A model generated the notes under the pieces. It saw only the letters and a list, made by a program, of their open reading frames with translations. It was not told where the DNA came from and ran no database searches. 64,000 nt of DNA, from NCBI GenBank assembly GCA_040285825.1, contig JAUPSS010000013.1, positions 372,001 to 436,000 of the forward strand. The letters are read 5' to 3'. The translations under genes were made by a program, and so were the position numbers. Below, in pieces: positions 12,925 through 25,644 of this stretch. Origin of the DNA: Eukaryota sp. TZLM1-RC. Lineage: Eukaryota; Protista; Metamonada: BaSk clade. How positions within the stretch are numbered: the first letter of the stretch is position 1; every line of letters begins with the position of its first letter.

Positions 12925-14104
12925 TTCTATTCTTACCTCGTGTGCTTTTGTTGGTGGATGCAGAAATGCAATCTTTGAGTTTTCCGAAAGATTTGCAGAT
13001 TGGGAAGATCTATTGATGGCAACGCAAAGTTCCACTGTTTTTGCATTAGGTGAAGAAATTTCTACAATTGATGTAGATAAATGGGGTCGATGTTTTCCCC
13101 AATCATTCAATGGCAGGATTCCAGAAAAAAATGTTTTAAATTTGAAGTACACTCTTCGAACATTACAGAAAAGATTGACTGGAATGTATGAAAAAGATCT
13201 TTATGATAATATTTGCAGCTCGGCTATTTTAAATCAAGATCTTCACTCATTGTTATTGGAAAAGGGTGTTTGTGAAAACAAGGCGTCAGATTCTTCACTT
13301 TTTGTAACCATTGTACCACGAAGATTTGGATTGTGTGCCACTAATGAAGCATTTGTAACAAAAATGAGATTATATTTGAACATCCCCATTAACCAATTAT
13401 TATCAAAAGAAAAATGTATTTGTTCGAATTCACCTCAACTCACTTTGCGCCAAGCTCTAAATTGCTCTAAATTGATAACTTATCGTTCTTCATTACATGA
13501 TGCTGTTAGAGACACTGTTTTCAATATGGCACAAACTGCAAGGATATCGTGTATAAAAGAGCCCCTGCTGAAGGAAACACTTTCTCTGAATAATTTTGGT
13601 TCTGATGATAGAGGTGATGTATACTGTGATTGGATTGATAATTCTGAAGCTATTGTTGACTTTGTCTCATGAAATGTTGCAAATGATACTTTGGTTCACA
13701 GAAGAAAACTTAATCCGGTGGCTGCTCTGGATTTTAAAGCAAGAGAAAAACATAGAAAATATGATAAAGAAATTGAAGATGCAAATGTCGATAGAAATAC
13801 ACAGCTGGTTTTTATTGCTTTCTCATTTTCGATAAATGGAAAATTATCAGTTGAAGCAGAAACTGTTTTGGATGACTTCCAAAAAATGGTGAAAGAAAAA
13901 ACAATGAAAAGATTTGATATTTTTTTATGGCGTTCACGGAGTCAATTTGCCATTATTAATAGATTACCGCGGTTTTTCAATCGAATTAGAGAAGCTTTAG
14001 CTAGACAGCAAGCAAATCAAGATTTTGTAGTGGAAATCTTGGTTTAATGATAGTCGTCACATTAGTATTGAGTTAATTTAATTCAGTGTGCAAATTCAAT
14101 AAAT
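12925..14104 (+). mobile_element. 5'-truncated CRE family B copy with ~11-bp TSD
   Basis: Highly similar to 42390-43570. Flanked by AACGCTAACCT (12913-12923) and AACGCTATCCT (14108-14118). In-frame TGA at 13670-13672. Confidence 0.92.
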
Positions 14105-14129
14105 ACAAACGCTATCCTCTACAAAATTA

Positions 14130-14700
14130 TCTACTATTGCCTTGATGTTGCTACATGCTAACTTGTCACGATGCCATATCTTATCCTTTCCATCGTATTC
14201 TTTTCTACAGGCATCAGATCGACATCTTAACAAAGCATGACATTTCACAGTAGGATTTTACTCTCTAATTCATGGTCTAGGATTCTCAACATCAAGAAAC
14301 ACATTTACTGGGTCATAACAAGTGGGACACTTTGGAAATGTGTTTCTCTCATCAACTAAACATACTATGTAACCATTTCTCTTAAAGAAATTCTCCATCC
14401 AACTCCTCTACTTGATCGATGATGCTTTAAAACTATTTGACGAAGCGTTGGAAAAAATGAGGGTGTAAACAAATTGTATGAGTCATTTGACAATGCTACT
14501 GAATTTCTGGCAATTTTTGAAGGAGGGGTTGATTTTGCTGTTGACTTTCTTTTTCTGGGCTGACTATCTAGTTTTGTTCCAGATTGTAATTGGTCTTCAA
14601 GATTTCTGGTTCTACCTTCTTTGATTTCCTTATCACCGCAAAGTTGTATTTCTAAAATTTCTAAATTCATTCTAATTTCCAAATTAAATGCCAATGTTCT
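14130..14700 (-). pseudogene. Decayed ORF with Cys pairs (possible zinc-ribbon remnant)
   Basis: Downstream of ORF 14365-14694, another frame reads FPKCPTCYDP...CRSDAC with stops. Confidence 0.3.
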
Positions 14701-15715
14701 TCTATTTTCAACAATATTTCAGGGTATTTTGAGCTCCGGAAAAAGAATTAATAATAAAAATTATGAAAGTAATTGCTCTATAATTTTTTTATTCAACACT
14801 TAATAAAATAATATCAGAACTAATAGAAATAAATGCAATGAACCATTGATTTCTCTCTAAAATCCTGATCTGTTTGTTTTTTCGCCATTGCTTCTCTAAT
14901 GAATTCTAAATTAAGTTAGTTTCAAAACTTCCTGCTCAAGAAGTTTGGGGATTCGGAATAAGGTCCTATTTGAATAATCCAATAGTTTTCGAAGAATTCA
15001 AATGGAACTGAATTAGAAATTTAATGTTTGTGGCAATCATTTGAGTTTATTTAAACAATCATCATGATATTTACAAACTTTAAATCCAGGTAGGTATTGT
15101 TGAAATTCAATTTTTTGACACAGATTTTTTTCCGCTAACATTTTTCAATTTAATTATTTACATAATTGATTAGCATATTTGAATACTGCAGCTTGGTTTT
15201 AGTTGCAGTTCTGTATGTTGAAGCAATTCCAGAATACCAAGTTAGAACGTAAAGATGTGATATATTCCATCCATTCTTGGTTGTTTGAACATGAAAATCT
15301 ACAATGTTCATCTACAATGTTCATGTAAAATTTAGTTCCTCCTCTCAGTTTGGCCGTTGGTGGCGATGAACAAAGAAAGAACAACAACTGTCAGAGCCAG
15401 AAACACCATTCCTGACATTATGGAAGTTGCAAAAATCATGTCTTTTGAACAAAACTTCAGATAAATATAAATAGAGACTGACTAAATCCAAAACTAGTTA
15501 CAAAATTGACTAGATACATAATTAATCTCGCTGCATTGTTTCCACTTCTGTTTGCCAACATATAAGGTCACATCCCTCACTGTTAGAAACAACACCTGCT
15601 CCCCTGCTCTCCTGTCGTGAACTTCAAATAAATGTAAATAAAAATAAAAACCTTATCAAAACAATTGTTTATTCTATTTAATTACTAATTACAAATCAAT
15701 CAATCAAATCATCAA

Positions 15716-16624
15716 TCAAGGTGATTCTTTCTTCAAAAATCTTTCTGGAAGCTCCATCATGACACGATCATCTTGATGCTCTCTTACAATCAAATGCTTC
15801 AAATGTTTGAACAGCTGTGACGTATCAAACCCTAAAGCATTCTTTACATTATGTCTCGCCTCCAGTCGTGACAAAGAGACGTTCCTGTACATATTAGCAG
15901 TAGCTTCGGCATCCATTATCAAGGCATCTCTCATAGCTTGAGCCTCGACAAGCAAAATTTCCGCATTCTTTTCAGCCACAACTAGTTCTTGCTCAGATTC
16001 GACGATTCTTCGTTCCTTCACCCACTCTTCTTTTCTCAACACCTTACCTGCTTCCTCGGCTTCTTCGATAGCCTTAGTGACTCTTTCAGGTAATTCAAAG
16101 CTGAACAAAGCAAAATCTTCAACTGTAATGCCAAGGTAAGCAAGATCATATGAAAGTTGGTCAAAGACGTCTTGACGAACTTCTTCTTTCTTGGAATAGA
16201 AATGGGTTGCATTATGTCGAAGGCAAGCGTATGAGATGCTCTCTTCCATAAAGTCCCAGACAACAGAGTCATAGTCTTGAAGAACCCATTCGTATACTGT
16301 GGGGATCATCTCCTTGATGAAGGAATAATGAATCGCTATGGACACACGTAGGGGAAGTTGATCTGAGGACCTGACATGGAATTCTTCGCGTTTTCGGGTT
16401 TGGGTGAAACTTGGAAAGGTAACAAATTCAGCAAAGGGACCAATCCAGTGAAGGCCTCCGGTGTAAACTGTGTCAAGTTGAATTTGTCCAGAGAGACCAT
16501 CAAAAACTAAACCATACTCGGTATAATCAAGACGTGAGAATCCAAGAAAGAAGTATAAGAGCAAAAGAACACCAAAAACGATGGCAGAGCCAACCACAAA
16601 GATCACTTTCTCTGTCTTGTCCAT
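15716..16624 (-). CDS. SPFH/Band-7 (prohibitin/stomatin-like) membrane protein
   Basis: N-terminal TM segment, EYGLVFD...GGLHWIGPF, GITVEDFALFSFELPERVTKAIE and an EA-rich coiled coil. Confidence 0.9.
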   Translation of the reverse strand: MDKTEKVIFVVGSAIVFGVLLLLYFFLGFSRLDYTEYGLVFDGLSGQIQLDTVYTGGLHWIGPFAEFVTFPSFTQTRKREEFHVRSSDQLPLRVSIAIHYSFIKEMIPTVYEWVLQDYDSVVWDFMEESISYACLRHNATHFYSKKEEVRQDVFDQLSYDLAYLGITVEDFALFSFELPERVTKAIEEAEEAGKVLRKEEWVKERRIVESEQELVVAEKNAEILLVEAQAMRDALIMDAEATANMYRNVSLSRLEARHNVKNALGFDTSQLFKHLKHLIVREHQDDRVMMELPERFLKKESP

Positions 16625-17708
16625 TCCAAAAGATAATGTCTATAACAATGGAATCACTGTTATTGGATACTATAAGGGACTGGAGGATTGTGGTTTTTGA
16701 GGATTTTCAACAATAATTTGAGTTGCTGTCGCTTCTATCCCATCCAAGCATGTTCTGATTCTGTTTTCTGATTCTGGTACCACTTACGTGGCTGATTCCA
16801 ATGTCATCCTTGCGTTTTTGATACAAATTCAATTGCAATTCTCTCAAGGTGAAACCCAATGCATTGCATCAACTCCTACCAGTTTTAAGAATGTTGTTTG
16901 GTGGAAGACTACACGAATGACTGAATTTTTCGAATATTTTTATTGAATCAAGCCACGACTAAAACCTGCAGCTTTTGAGTTATATTTCCATAATCTACCT
17001 ATTAAATATATTATTTTTTTCAATCAAAAAAACAAGCAAAAAATATCATTCTAAACTTTCTACACTTTAATCCAAAACCTATGGGTTTTGAATTATTCTA
17101 CTCCATCAGATTACCTTGATAAAGCTTTCAGTGATTTTATTCTTTTATCCTGTTGATAACGCCCACCCTGTGTTGTTACAATTCCATTGATTCTTCAATT
17201 CCAATGATGATTCATAATTCGGAGCACAAAATATAATTTTACAACAACAAGGTCACACATATCCCAAAATATATCATACTGCCGACCGAAGGCATGCTGC
17301 TAGCAGAAAAAATAAGCGAAGGCAGAGTGCATTTAGATGAACTTATTTTATTCAATGTTAAACTATATAAATGTGGTCACTAGTGAGGTTCCGATAATAT
17401 TTAAGGGATGGCAATTTGCAAGTCACTGGAAAAACAATCATTAATAAATAATATTGCACTATAAATTCAAAAGAAATTGAGAGTCTGTCAGGAGAAATTG
17501 AATCAACTCGGAAATCCTGAAAACTCAACTTAAACTACTTATCTCATTATTCCAAAAATTTAGTAATATTTTTCAAAATTTTTAGCTCAATAGTATCGGT
17601 TTTTTAAAAATGAATTTAACCATTGAAATGGTTCTCTTCCAATTCCAATAAATAATGTAAATTTGTGCAGTTATTAGATTTATTAATTTATTGAAAAATT
17701 AAATCAAA

Positions 17709-18689
17709 TTAATTCAAACACAGCCATTTAGTTGGCCTAAAATAGTCGTCAAATTCTAAATCTTTGAAATACAAGGGAATGGAACTACATGCTTTTCTTC
17801 CCCATATTGGTGCAAAAAAGGGATGTCTGATTGCACTTGAGGCAAGTGGTCGCTCTTCAGGATCAAACGATATCAACTTTTTAATTAAATCTCTTGGCGT
17901 TTGGGGAATTGATTCAAGCAAATCATTGAATGAACAATCATCAAATTCTAAACCTCTCCGTATCTGTATTCCACTTACCTTTTCTAATGTACTTCTACTC
18001 GGCCTCAGCGCATTCATTATCGTTACAACTTGCTCCATCGTAGAACAGGCTTGGAACAGAGGTCTTTTCAAAAAAGCTTCAGCTATTATACAACCACAGC
18101 TATAAACATCCGCTTTTGTTGTGTAATCAGATCTACCAAGTAACAGTTCGGGAGCCCTGTATGGCCGTGAACAAATGTATGAGACATTCTGATCAGAGTT
18201 CAAGATTTTGGCACTCCCAAAGTCTGCTATTTTTACCTCATTTCTAGAATTTTTTGCATTGTACAGAATGTTCTGAGGCTTTAAGTCTCTGTGACAAATT
18301 GATAGTTTCTCTAAATGAGCAACACCCAGCAGTAACTGCCATGAAACCGACATTATCACGTCAATGGGTAAAAATTCTTGTGTGTAGATCAGCTCGTGAA
18401 AGCTGGAAGGCATGTAGGGCATGACAAGGTGTTGGTATACTTTGCGTGTCTTGGAACTGTCCCCTACATCACTGTCAATGTATGTATAGAAAATGTCTTT
18501 GAGATGAATGATGCAGGGATGGCGGACAGATCGCAGGATCGATATCTCCCTGCTGATACAGTCTGAAGACTTTGGAGTTCTTTTGATGGCAACAAGGTTG
18601 TTTTCATGGTCGTAGCCCTGGTAGACAACTCCAAATGATCCCTCGCCAATTACAGACAGTATTCTCAATTTGGGAACTGTGGAGGACAT
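17709..18689 (-). CDS. CMGC Ser/Thr protein kinase, GSK3-like
   Basis: GEGSFGVVY, VAIK, HRDLKPQN, DFGSAK, SYICSRPYRAPELLLG. Confidence 0.92.
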   Translation of the reverse strand: MSSTVPKLRILSVIGEGSFGVVYQGYDHENNLVAIKRTPKSSDCISREISILRSVRHPCIIHLKDIFYTYIDSDVGDSSKTRKVYQHLVMPYMPSSFHELIYTQEFLPIDVIMSVSWQLLLGVAHLEKLSICHRDLKPQNILYNAKNSRNEVKIADFGSAKILNSDQNVSYICSRPYRAPELLLGRSDYTTKADVYSCGCIIAEAFLKRPLFQACSTMEQVVTIMNALRPSRSTLEKVSGIQIRRGLEFDDCSFNDLLESIPQTPRDLIKKLISFDPEERPLASSAIRHPFFAPIWGRKACSSIPLYFKDLEFDDYFRPTKWLCLN

Positions 18690-19420
18690 CTAGGGATGAC
18701 AAGATTATGTTGCAGGGAAAATTTGTTGTTTTCAGAATTGTGTACAATGTGTCTACAATAATGTTGCAGGGATCATCTCGCTAGAAAGTAGGATCATGGC
18801 GGTACTAGATGATGACTGGAGAGGTAGAGAAGTAAGGAGTGCTCACTTTGAATGTCCTTGATTCTGGCCTACCCCATGAGACCTGTTATCGACTACGAAA
18901 TAACTCACATGAGGGTATTGAGACAAGAAAGAGTTATAGCTGCACATTTAAAAACTCTGTAACTCTACACTAACAATTAGTATTACATTTGCTTTTGTAC
19001 AGGAATCTTTTTTTAGAGAGTATTCGTGATCAAAACCAAGTAGACTCGAAACTGGCAAAAACATGAAATTCAGATAGCCACCGTACAAAACAAGAAATCG
19101 GAATTATATTCGAAAAGGATTGTCACTTCAATTGGTGCACTTATGCTTAATTCAATTATAAGCCAGTAGCAAAAATACTGTTAAATCATGAAAACGAAGT
19201 ACGTTGTAGATTTAATGCAGATAGCTCCAAACTGAGCTTGAAAAGGTTTTTGAAATTTGTTTGTAAAGATAGAAGCTTATGTGAATGGTGGAGAATCTTC
19301 ACCAGAGATAGAATTCTCAGGGATAAAATGAACATATTGTATTGCAGTATCTGAGTTGTTAATCAAAATCTTTTTAAACAAAAACTAAACCTACAATCCG
19401 TGTAGTCAACATCTTTAGTT

Positions 19421-19711
19421 ATGGCAGATCATGCCACCGCATCTCCTTCTGTTTCCCGGGAAGTATCTCGGGAAACCTGGAAAGTAGCACAAGACATCCT
19501 GAGCGAATTGGACAGTATACCAGATTCATCCAACAATCCCTCATTCAATGAACATCGTCAGACCCTACGGAAACTTGTCAAGGAGAACTCCACCCTTTCT
19601 CAAATGGAGCAAAAGACCAATGCCACACTATGTGGTTTGTTGGTTGAGATTGCTTTCTTTCAAGATAAGCTTGCTAGAATTGAAGCACTTGGTGTTAGGC
19701 TCCCTATGTGA
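19421..19711 (+). CDS. Small hypothetical coiled-coil protein
   Basis: 96-aa ATG-initiated ORF with GC content above the flanks and helical heptad character. Confidence 0.6.
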   Translation: MADHATASPSVSREVSRETWKVAQDILSELDSIPDSSNNPSFNEHRQTLRKLVKENSTLSQMEQKTNATLCGLLVEIAFFQDKLARIEALGVRLPM

Positions 19712-20171
19712 GTTTTTAATGTCAATAGTTTCTAACCCAACAGGTCATTACTCTTTTTTTCTGTTTTCCCTTGTTATACAATATCTTATTAACACCTATT
19801 CAAAGTCTAATTAATTACTATTTATTCAAAATGTAATATATTATGGAATTCTTGAGTGCAAGTTTTGGACAATCTGGGATTCTTTTGCTACACTAACCAC
19901 ATATTCCACCAAAAAATTAATTAAATAAAATAGAAAAGATAAATAAAATAAAAAATAGGTTTATTTTCCACCAAACGATTAGCAGTCTTTACAACATTTA
20001 CCACACCTCTTTAAAGCCAATTGCTAAATTTTTATCAAACTTCAACACTTATTTTAAAACCAAATGAATAATAAACTACTAATATACACTTAGTCAAACA
20101 TCATAAGAATGATTTTAATAAATATTGGTTTTAATTTATTCAAATTGTACGATTATGTATAACATTTATGA

Positions 20172-20402
20172 AGGAAGACTTTAGGGTGAGTATACGTCAT
20201 AATGGAACTCACAAGCACGAAACACTCCGCAGTATGAAAGCAAGTAATTCATCTCGCGAATTACGATATCAGAACAGCATCACTCTGTGGAACATTCTAT
20301 ATGGTACAGTATAGAATGTATGGACTTCGGCTCGACTCAGATTCGAGTTTAGTGTGAGTTTAATATACTCACTGAGTATGATGTCGGGGCCTAGCTTTGT
20401 CT
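20172..20402 (+). ncRNA. Candidate structured ncRNA, possibly RNase MRP/RNase P-like
   Basis: At least six helices with G-U pairs favouring the + strand. GAGTTTAAT precedes a long-range helix (CR-IV-like) and CGGGGCCTA lies near the 3' end. P4 pairing is imperfect. Confidence 0.45.
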
Positions 20403-20474
20403 GTGTCGTTGTTGAAAACCCAATAATGGATCAAAATTAGTATGGCCATCCATTCAATACCAATACAATGTATG

Positions 20475-21700
20475 GAATGTTTTTTCTGATGTTCAACTTG
20501 GTGGTGTTGGTTTTAATTCTTCAAATTATTTGACCAAAGCTGCTTTCATTGGTGGTGGAAAAAATTTTGCTTTTGAATTTTCTAGAAGATATCATTTTGC
20601 CGACAATCTTCTTGAAACTACATGTAGTCTGTTCCTGGATAATTTAAGGGAAAAAACATCTAGTTTGTCTCCTGAATTATGGCAATCATGTTTCCCTATA
20701 GCTATTCAAGACATTCCAGAAAGAAGTTTGTTTTCTTTGAAATTTGCGTTGAAAAAACTTCAAAGACATCTGTTGAAACAATTTGAAAGTAAGGATTTTA
20801 TTGTTCGACTTAGCACGGCTAAGAAAGAAAATTCTGCTTTTGCAAATTTTTTGATTGATTTGAAGGAAAGTTCATCTGCAGTTCTGCTAAACCAAATTTC
20901 CCATGTTTGTGGGTTATTTTTAAACAGCGAGCAATGGACTGTTGCAATGAAAATGTGTTGTTATTCGTGGCCCTGTAAATTGTCCAATGATATGTTTTGC
21001 AAATGTGGAGCTGGTTTGACATTATCACATTTATACAACAGATTTATTACTTATCGTTCTACATTGCATGATGCAGTCAGAGATCAAATCCATGCAATGT
21101 GTAATTCCTATCTTATTGAATCATTTGTAGAACCTTTGTTGAGGTCTCTTGATATAAATGAAAACATAAAAAATTCAGAATATGGAAAACGACGTGCTGA
21201 TGTTGTTGTGCCCTCATTTGATGATGTCTTGAATGTCGTTGATGTCGTAACAGTGGATGTTTGCGGGAAAAATGCCTTGAGAAATGCACAATCCGAAGTA
21301 TCCCCCTTGATGATTCAGAATTGTACAAACGGAAGAAATATGCAAATCCTTTGAAAGAATTGAAACATGTTCGCCATGTAGATTATTAAACTTGCCCATT
21401 TGCTATATCGTTGTATGGAAGTCTTGGAAAAACTGCCATGAATTTTATTGTTGATTTTGAAAAGATGGTAAAAAGAAGAATGAATAAGCGTTTTGATCGT
21501 CGTTTGTGGTTAAATCGTATTGTTTCAACTATTTTCAAATCAATTCCTAAAATGATTTCGATAGCTTTGATGTCTGTCAGTGCACATTACAAAAACATTG
21601 CTGTTGTACGGTTTGATGGTGTAGAAGCTTGTTTTGAAGATATTGATTTTTAGATTGTAGATTTAAAAAACAATTTTAAAAATAAATCAAGATAATTTAA
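20475..21700 (+). mobile_element. 5'-truncated CRE family E copy
   Basis: LGGVGF, CKCGAGLTLSH, HDAVRD, RRADVVV..VDVVTVD, RRLWLNRIV; A-rich end. Confidence 0.88.
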
Positions 21701-21849
21701 AAAAAATTTCTATATGGGACGTTCAGGGTGGGAATCAAGGGAGTTTTACAACTAGTAATTTCAAGGGATTTATGGTACAATTAGGAATATATGGTTCAGC
21801 CAGTGGTTTTGTCCATGTATAACAATTTTTAAATATTATCAGTGCTATA

Positions 21850-21990
21850 ACCAAATAAATCCAATAATGGCGAGAATTCTGATTGAAGCAAGATTTGCTC
21901 ACGAATTGCTTATCTGCTTGGTTTCTCGCCAGTGCATCTCTTAGTCGATGACAAATGATTGATAAATTAATAAACAATTGAATTATAAAT
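21850..21990 (-). mobile_element. 3' fragment of a CRE family related to B (H)
   Basis: RLRDALARNQADKQFV versus RIREALARQQANQDFV. Confidence 0.6.
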
Positions 21991-22252
21991 TATAGTGAAT
22001 TAACTTCAAACCACAAAGGAAACCCAAACCATTTCATTTATCATCAAACTTCTAACTGATGGCACCTGTGACTTTCAGCTCAGTGATGAGCACAAATTAG
22101 ATCTGAGTAATCCAGCATTTGACGAGGAAATTGACTATTCGTATAAAATTTAGAAATAACCAAATCAGTTTGACCGAAAGTCTTGCAAACCCTAATTTAG
22201 CATCAAGTTTACGTCATTGATCAAGGAAGTCATTCACGGAAGGAAGTCATTC

Positions 22253-22594
22253 TGATGTGCCTTCTTCTATCCCATATGGTGCTCCCAGATGTGCTTTCAG
22301 TGATATTTTAACTGTATTGGCAGAAGTTTGGTATGTCCAACCAAATAACCAAATCAATGACTCAATGTCAATTTCTATAAACTCAATGTCAAAGTCAATG
22401 AACTCGATCACAAATTGGATCGATTGATCGAAGCCATCAACGGTAAGCATCCGAAGCCGTCATTTGAAACAGAGGCACAATCATCAATCGAACCACTCTC
22501 TGACGTCTTGGCCTGTCAAAACCGTACAAGTCAAAATTTTTACAACAGTGTTTTCTCACCATACTTACAATAGTTTTGTTCATATCACACCATA
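22253..22594 (+). pseudogene. Decayed partial copy of the membrane protein gene at 32674-33402
   Basis: Clear nucleotide similarity to 33008-33402 with indels. Confidence 0.85.
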
Positions 22595-22665
22595 AAGGAA
22601 GAGACCGTTTTATTCATTTTACTTACATCAAAATTCTTGACAAGGTAAACACCTTTCAAAACATA

Positions 22666-24232
22666 TGTTGGCGCCCTTAGGCATTTATAATATGAATATG
22701 AAGATAAATCACCTTTAACTAACCCTTCTTTTCAAACCTACGGCATCAATAATTATTGGCTTTTTTTTATTAAATGAGCTAAATACTACGACAATTCAGA
22801 AATTCCTCATCCAACTACTCCACTACTAGTAGTTAATACTCCAAAAAGACACTGAACAACCAGCACAAAACCAAAAAGTACATGATTGACATTACTAAGC
22901 GGCCGTCTGAGATTCTCCAAGAGCGTTTTAAAGGCGACAGCAAGCTTTTCATCACACATACGATAGTTAGAACCAGCAACAACATCCAATAAGAAGAGTG
23001 AGAATTCTATCTCAAGAACAACTAACCAAACCTTCAGTAAACAGATCACAAACTTTCTACTTCCATTAGTAAGCGGCCGTCTGAGAAGCTCCAAGAGCGG
23101 TTTAAAGGCGACAGCAAGCTTTTCATGAGAAGAGAAATGCGAACATTTGCTGATGGTCAAGTCAAATTGAACAAGAAACAAAATGCTTGTGAGAAGGGAA
23201 CTAATTTGTCTCCAAATTGATGTTTCAACGGATGATGTTATCAGTGGAAAAACATTCAGTAGAGTCAACAAAGAAGAGGGAGACAACGTAGAGTAGTATG
23301 GAATAATTGTTAAGAAAACAATAGGAGGGCCTGGACCGTGAAAAGGGAGGTTTTCAAATATCATGATGGAAAGGAAGGAAGTTCGACGCGGAAGGGGGGA
23401 AGAATAAAAAATTTAATAGATTAGGCAAATAGATTAGGAAACTTAATTAAAACTCGATTCCAATATCCCCTTATTAGATGACATCAAAATGAAAAACACT
23501 CGTCTACAAGAAAAAAGGGAAGAAGCAGAGCGTCACCAAACATTAAATACTGCGACTTCAGTAGATAATACTAATTCGCGTTTCATAGTGTTTAATATTG
23601 GTGACTACGTCTTACGTAAAACCAAGCAACATAATAAACTGCATGGATCTTGGAATGGACCATTCTTAGTTAATGACGTTCCTTCCAAATCTACTTTATT
23701 ATTAAAGAATCTTACTACTGGCCCAGAATTAAAAGCTGCCAAGAAAGCTTGTAAAATCTATAACGCTGAAAATCCGCAGGTCATAGAGTTCCTCAAAGCA
23801 GTGGTAGCAGGCGATGCCGAAATAAACGTTATAGAGAAAATCCTCTCAGAAAATAGTTCTGACTCAGGTAGTTTCTGTACTGTTCAATGGTCTGGCGGTA
23901 AGACAACAGAAGAGCCTCTCCATTCAGTAAAACATTCAGAAGCTTAGAAGTTATTTAGTAAGGATGACAAGAGATTTAGAAAAGTTGGTAAACGTACTTC
24001 TGATAGAAGAGGTACTTCCAACGAGTCGAGCGCCCCTGAACGGCTTAGGCGTAGAGTAGAAATATGAATTAGTTTAGTTTATTAGTTATAAAGCCGATTG
24101 ATTTTGAAAAAGGGGAGAAGCAGTGTTGGCACCCTATTAATCAAGTGGCGCCCTATTAATTAAGGCTTTTATGATATGAATATGAAAATAAATCACCTTT
24201 ATCTAACCCTTCATTTCCAACCTACGGCATCA
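22666..24232 (+). mobile_element. Internally deleted Gypsy (family B) element with very short LTRs
   Basis: 5'LTR 22666-22748 (83 bp, TGTTGG..GCATCA); 3'LTR 24124-24232 with an internal duplication; PPT AAAAAGGGGAGAAGCAG; TSD CATA/CTTA. ORF 23489-23947 retains only the integrase GPF and chromodomain tail. Empty site at ~33470. Confidence 0.88.
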
Positions 24233-24284
24233 CTTACCCCAATTCGCCACTTTTACCATCATCAAATGGAGTCTTCAAGGTTTA

Positions 24285-25615
24285 GTCCAAAATATCCATT
24301 GACAAAACTGAATATGCCTCAGTTCAACATGAATTAAAAGTTATTTTGGAAAAAATGAAAATTGAACTTGATTCCACTTCTTCTTTACATTTAGAAAAAC
24401 ATAGACAAAACAGAAAGAAGTTTTTTGTGCTTAAAATTTGCTTTACTGGAAGAATAATTCACATTGTGAGATCTTGTGCTTCTTCCATAGCATTAGAATT
24501 TTGTCGATTCTTTAATTCATTGAGAACAGAATATTTTGTTGATTTTTTGGATAGAGAGTCAGGAATGTGGAAAAATCATTTATGTTCGTCAGCAAATTTG
24601 GGTGGTATTGGATTTACTAAATCTTCAATTGTGTGTCAATCAGCATTTATGGGCGGTGGCAAGAATTTTATTTATGAATTTTCTCTTAATTTTCCTAAAA
24701 ATTCTTATTTGTTAGTTCCCTGTTGCAGTCCATATTTGAATGAGTTTATCTTGCAAATCCGATAGATTGCTTACACAAATCTGGACCAAATGTTTTCCCC
24801 AATCAATTCACGAAATTCACAACCTATCTCTTTCTAATTTACAGTTTTGCTGTAAAAAGCTTCAACAAAAATTGTCAAAGATTTTTGAAAGCTTGGATTT
24901 TAATATTTCGCTTCTGCAACTCTTTTGCAAGATATGTGTGATATTACATCTTCTGCATCAGAAACAACAATTCCTCAAGTTCATGTCTCTCTTTTGAGTG
25001 ATTCTGACTGGACCTTAAATATGAGATTTCATTCCTTTATTTGGCCTGAAAATTTACCTTATAATTTAGTTTGTAAATGTTCTCAAAAAATTATTCATTT
25101 GTTAAATAGTAAACATTTTATTACTTTTAGAAGCAAGGTTCACGATACTATAAAAGATCAATTATATTATACGTGCAAGTCTCATAGTATTGAATCCCTT
25201 TTGGAACCTCTGTTATCAAATTTGTTTGATTCTGAAGATGATTTTCATAAGAATAATAATATCTTATTAACTGGATTGGATGGAACCTTCATCTTATTGG
25301 ATGTAATGTCTGTTGCTTCTTGTAATGCCTCAACTTATAGGCTCGCTAATTCTGAAATACATTATCCTTTTTCAAGTGCTGATAATTTTAACATCAAAAA
25401 ATACAATGAACCTTTATCCAAGTTGTTCAGCCAACAGCATGTAAAATACAATTTGTATCCATTTGTATTTTCTCCATTTGGATCAGTTTCTCTCACGGCT
25501 TTCCGTTTTTTGGAAGATTTTGAAACGATTGTAAAAGAAGAACTAGCAGAAACTTCAACAGATTGGTTTGGCAAAATAGAATTGTGTTTTCTATTTTTAA
25601 AGGGATGTTTTTTGA
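24285..25615 (+). mobile_element. Decayed CRE family D copy
   Basis: Similar to 46256-47460 (ANLGGIGFTKSS, LDVMSV); many lesions. Confidence 0.88.
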
Positions 25616-25644
25616 TCATTAATTGTTATTTTCTACGTTAACAA

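Noticed and set aside
22807-23364. 185-aa minus-strand ORF
   Set aside because: Antisense to the interior of the LTR element, with no recognisable motif.
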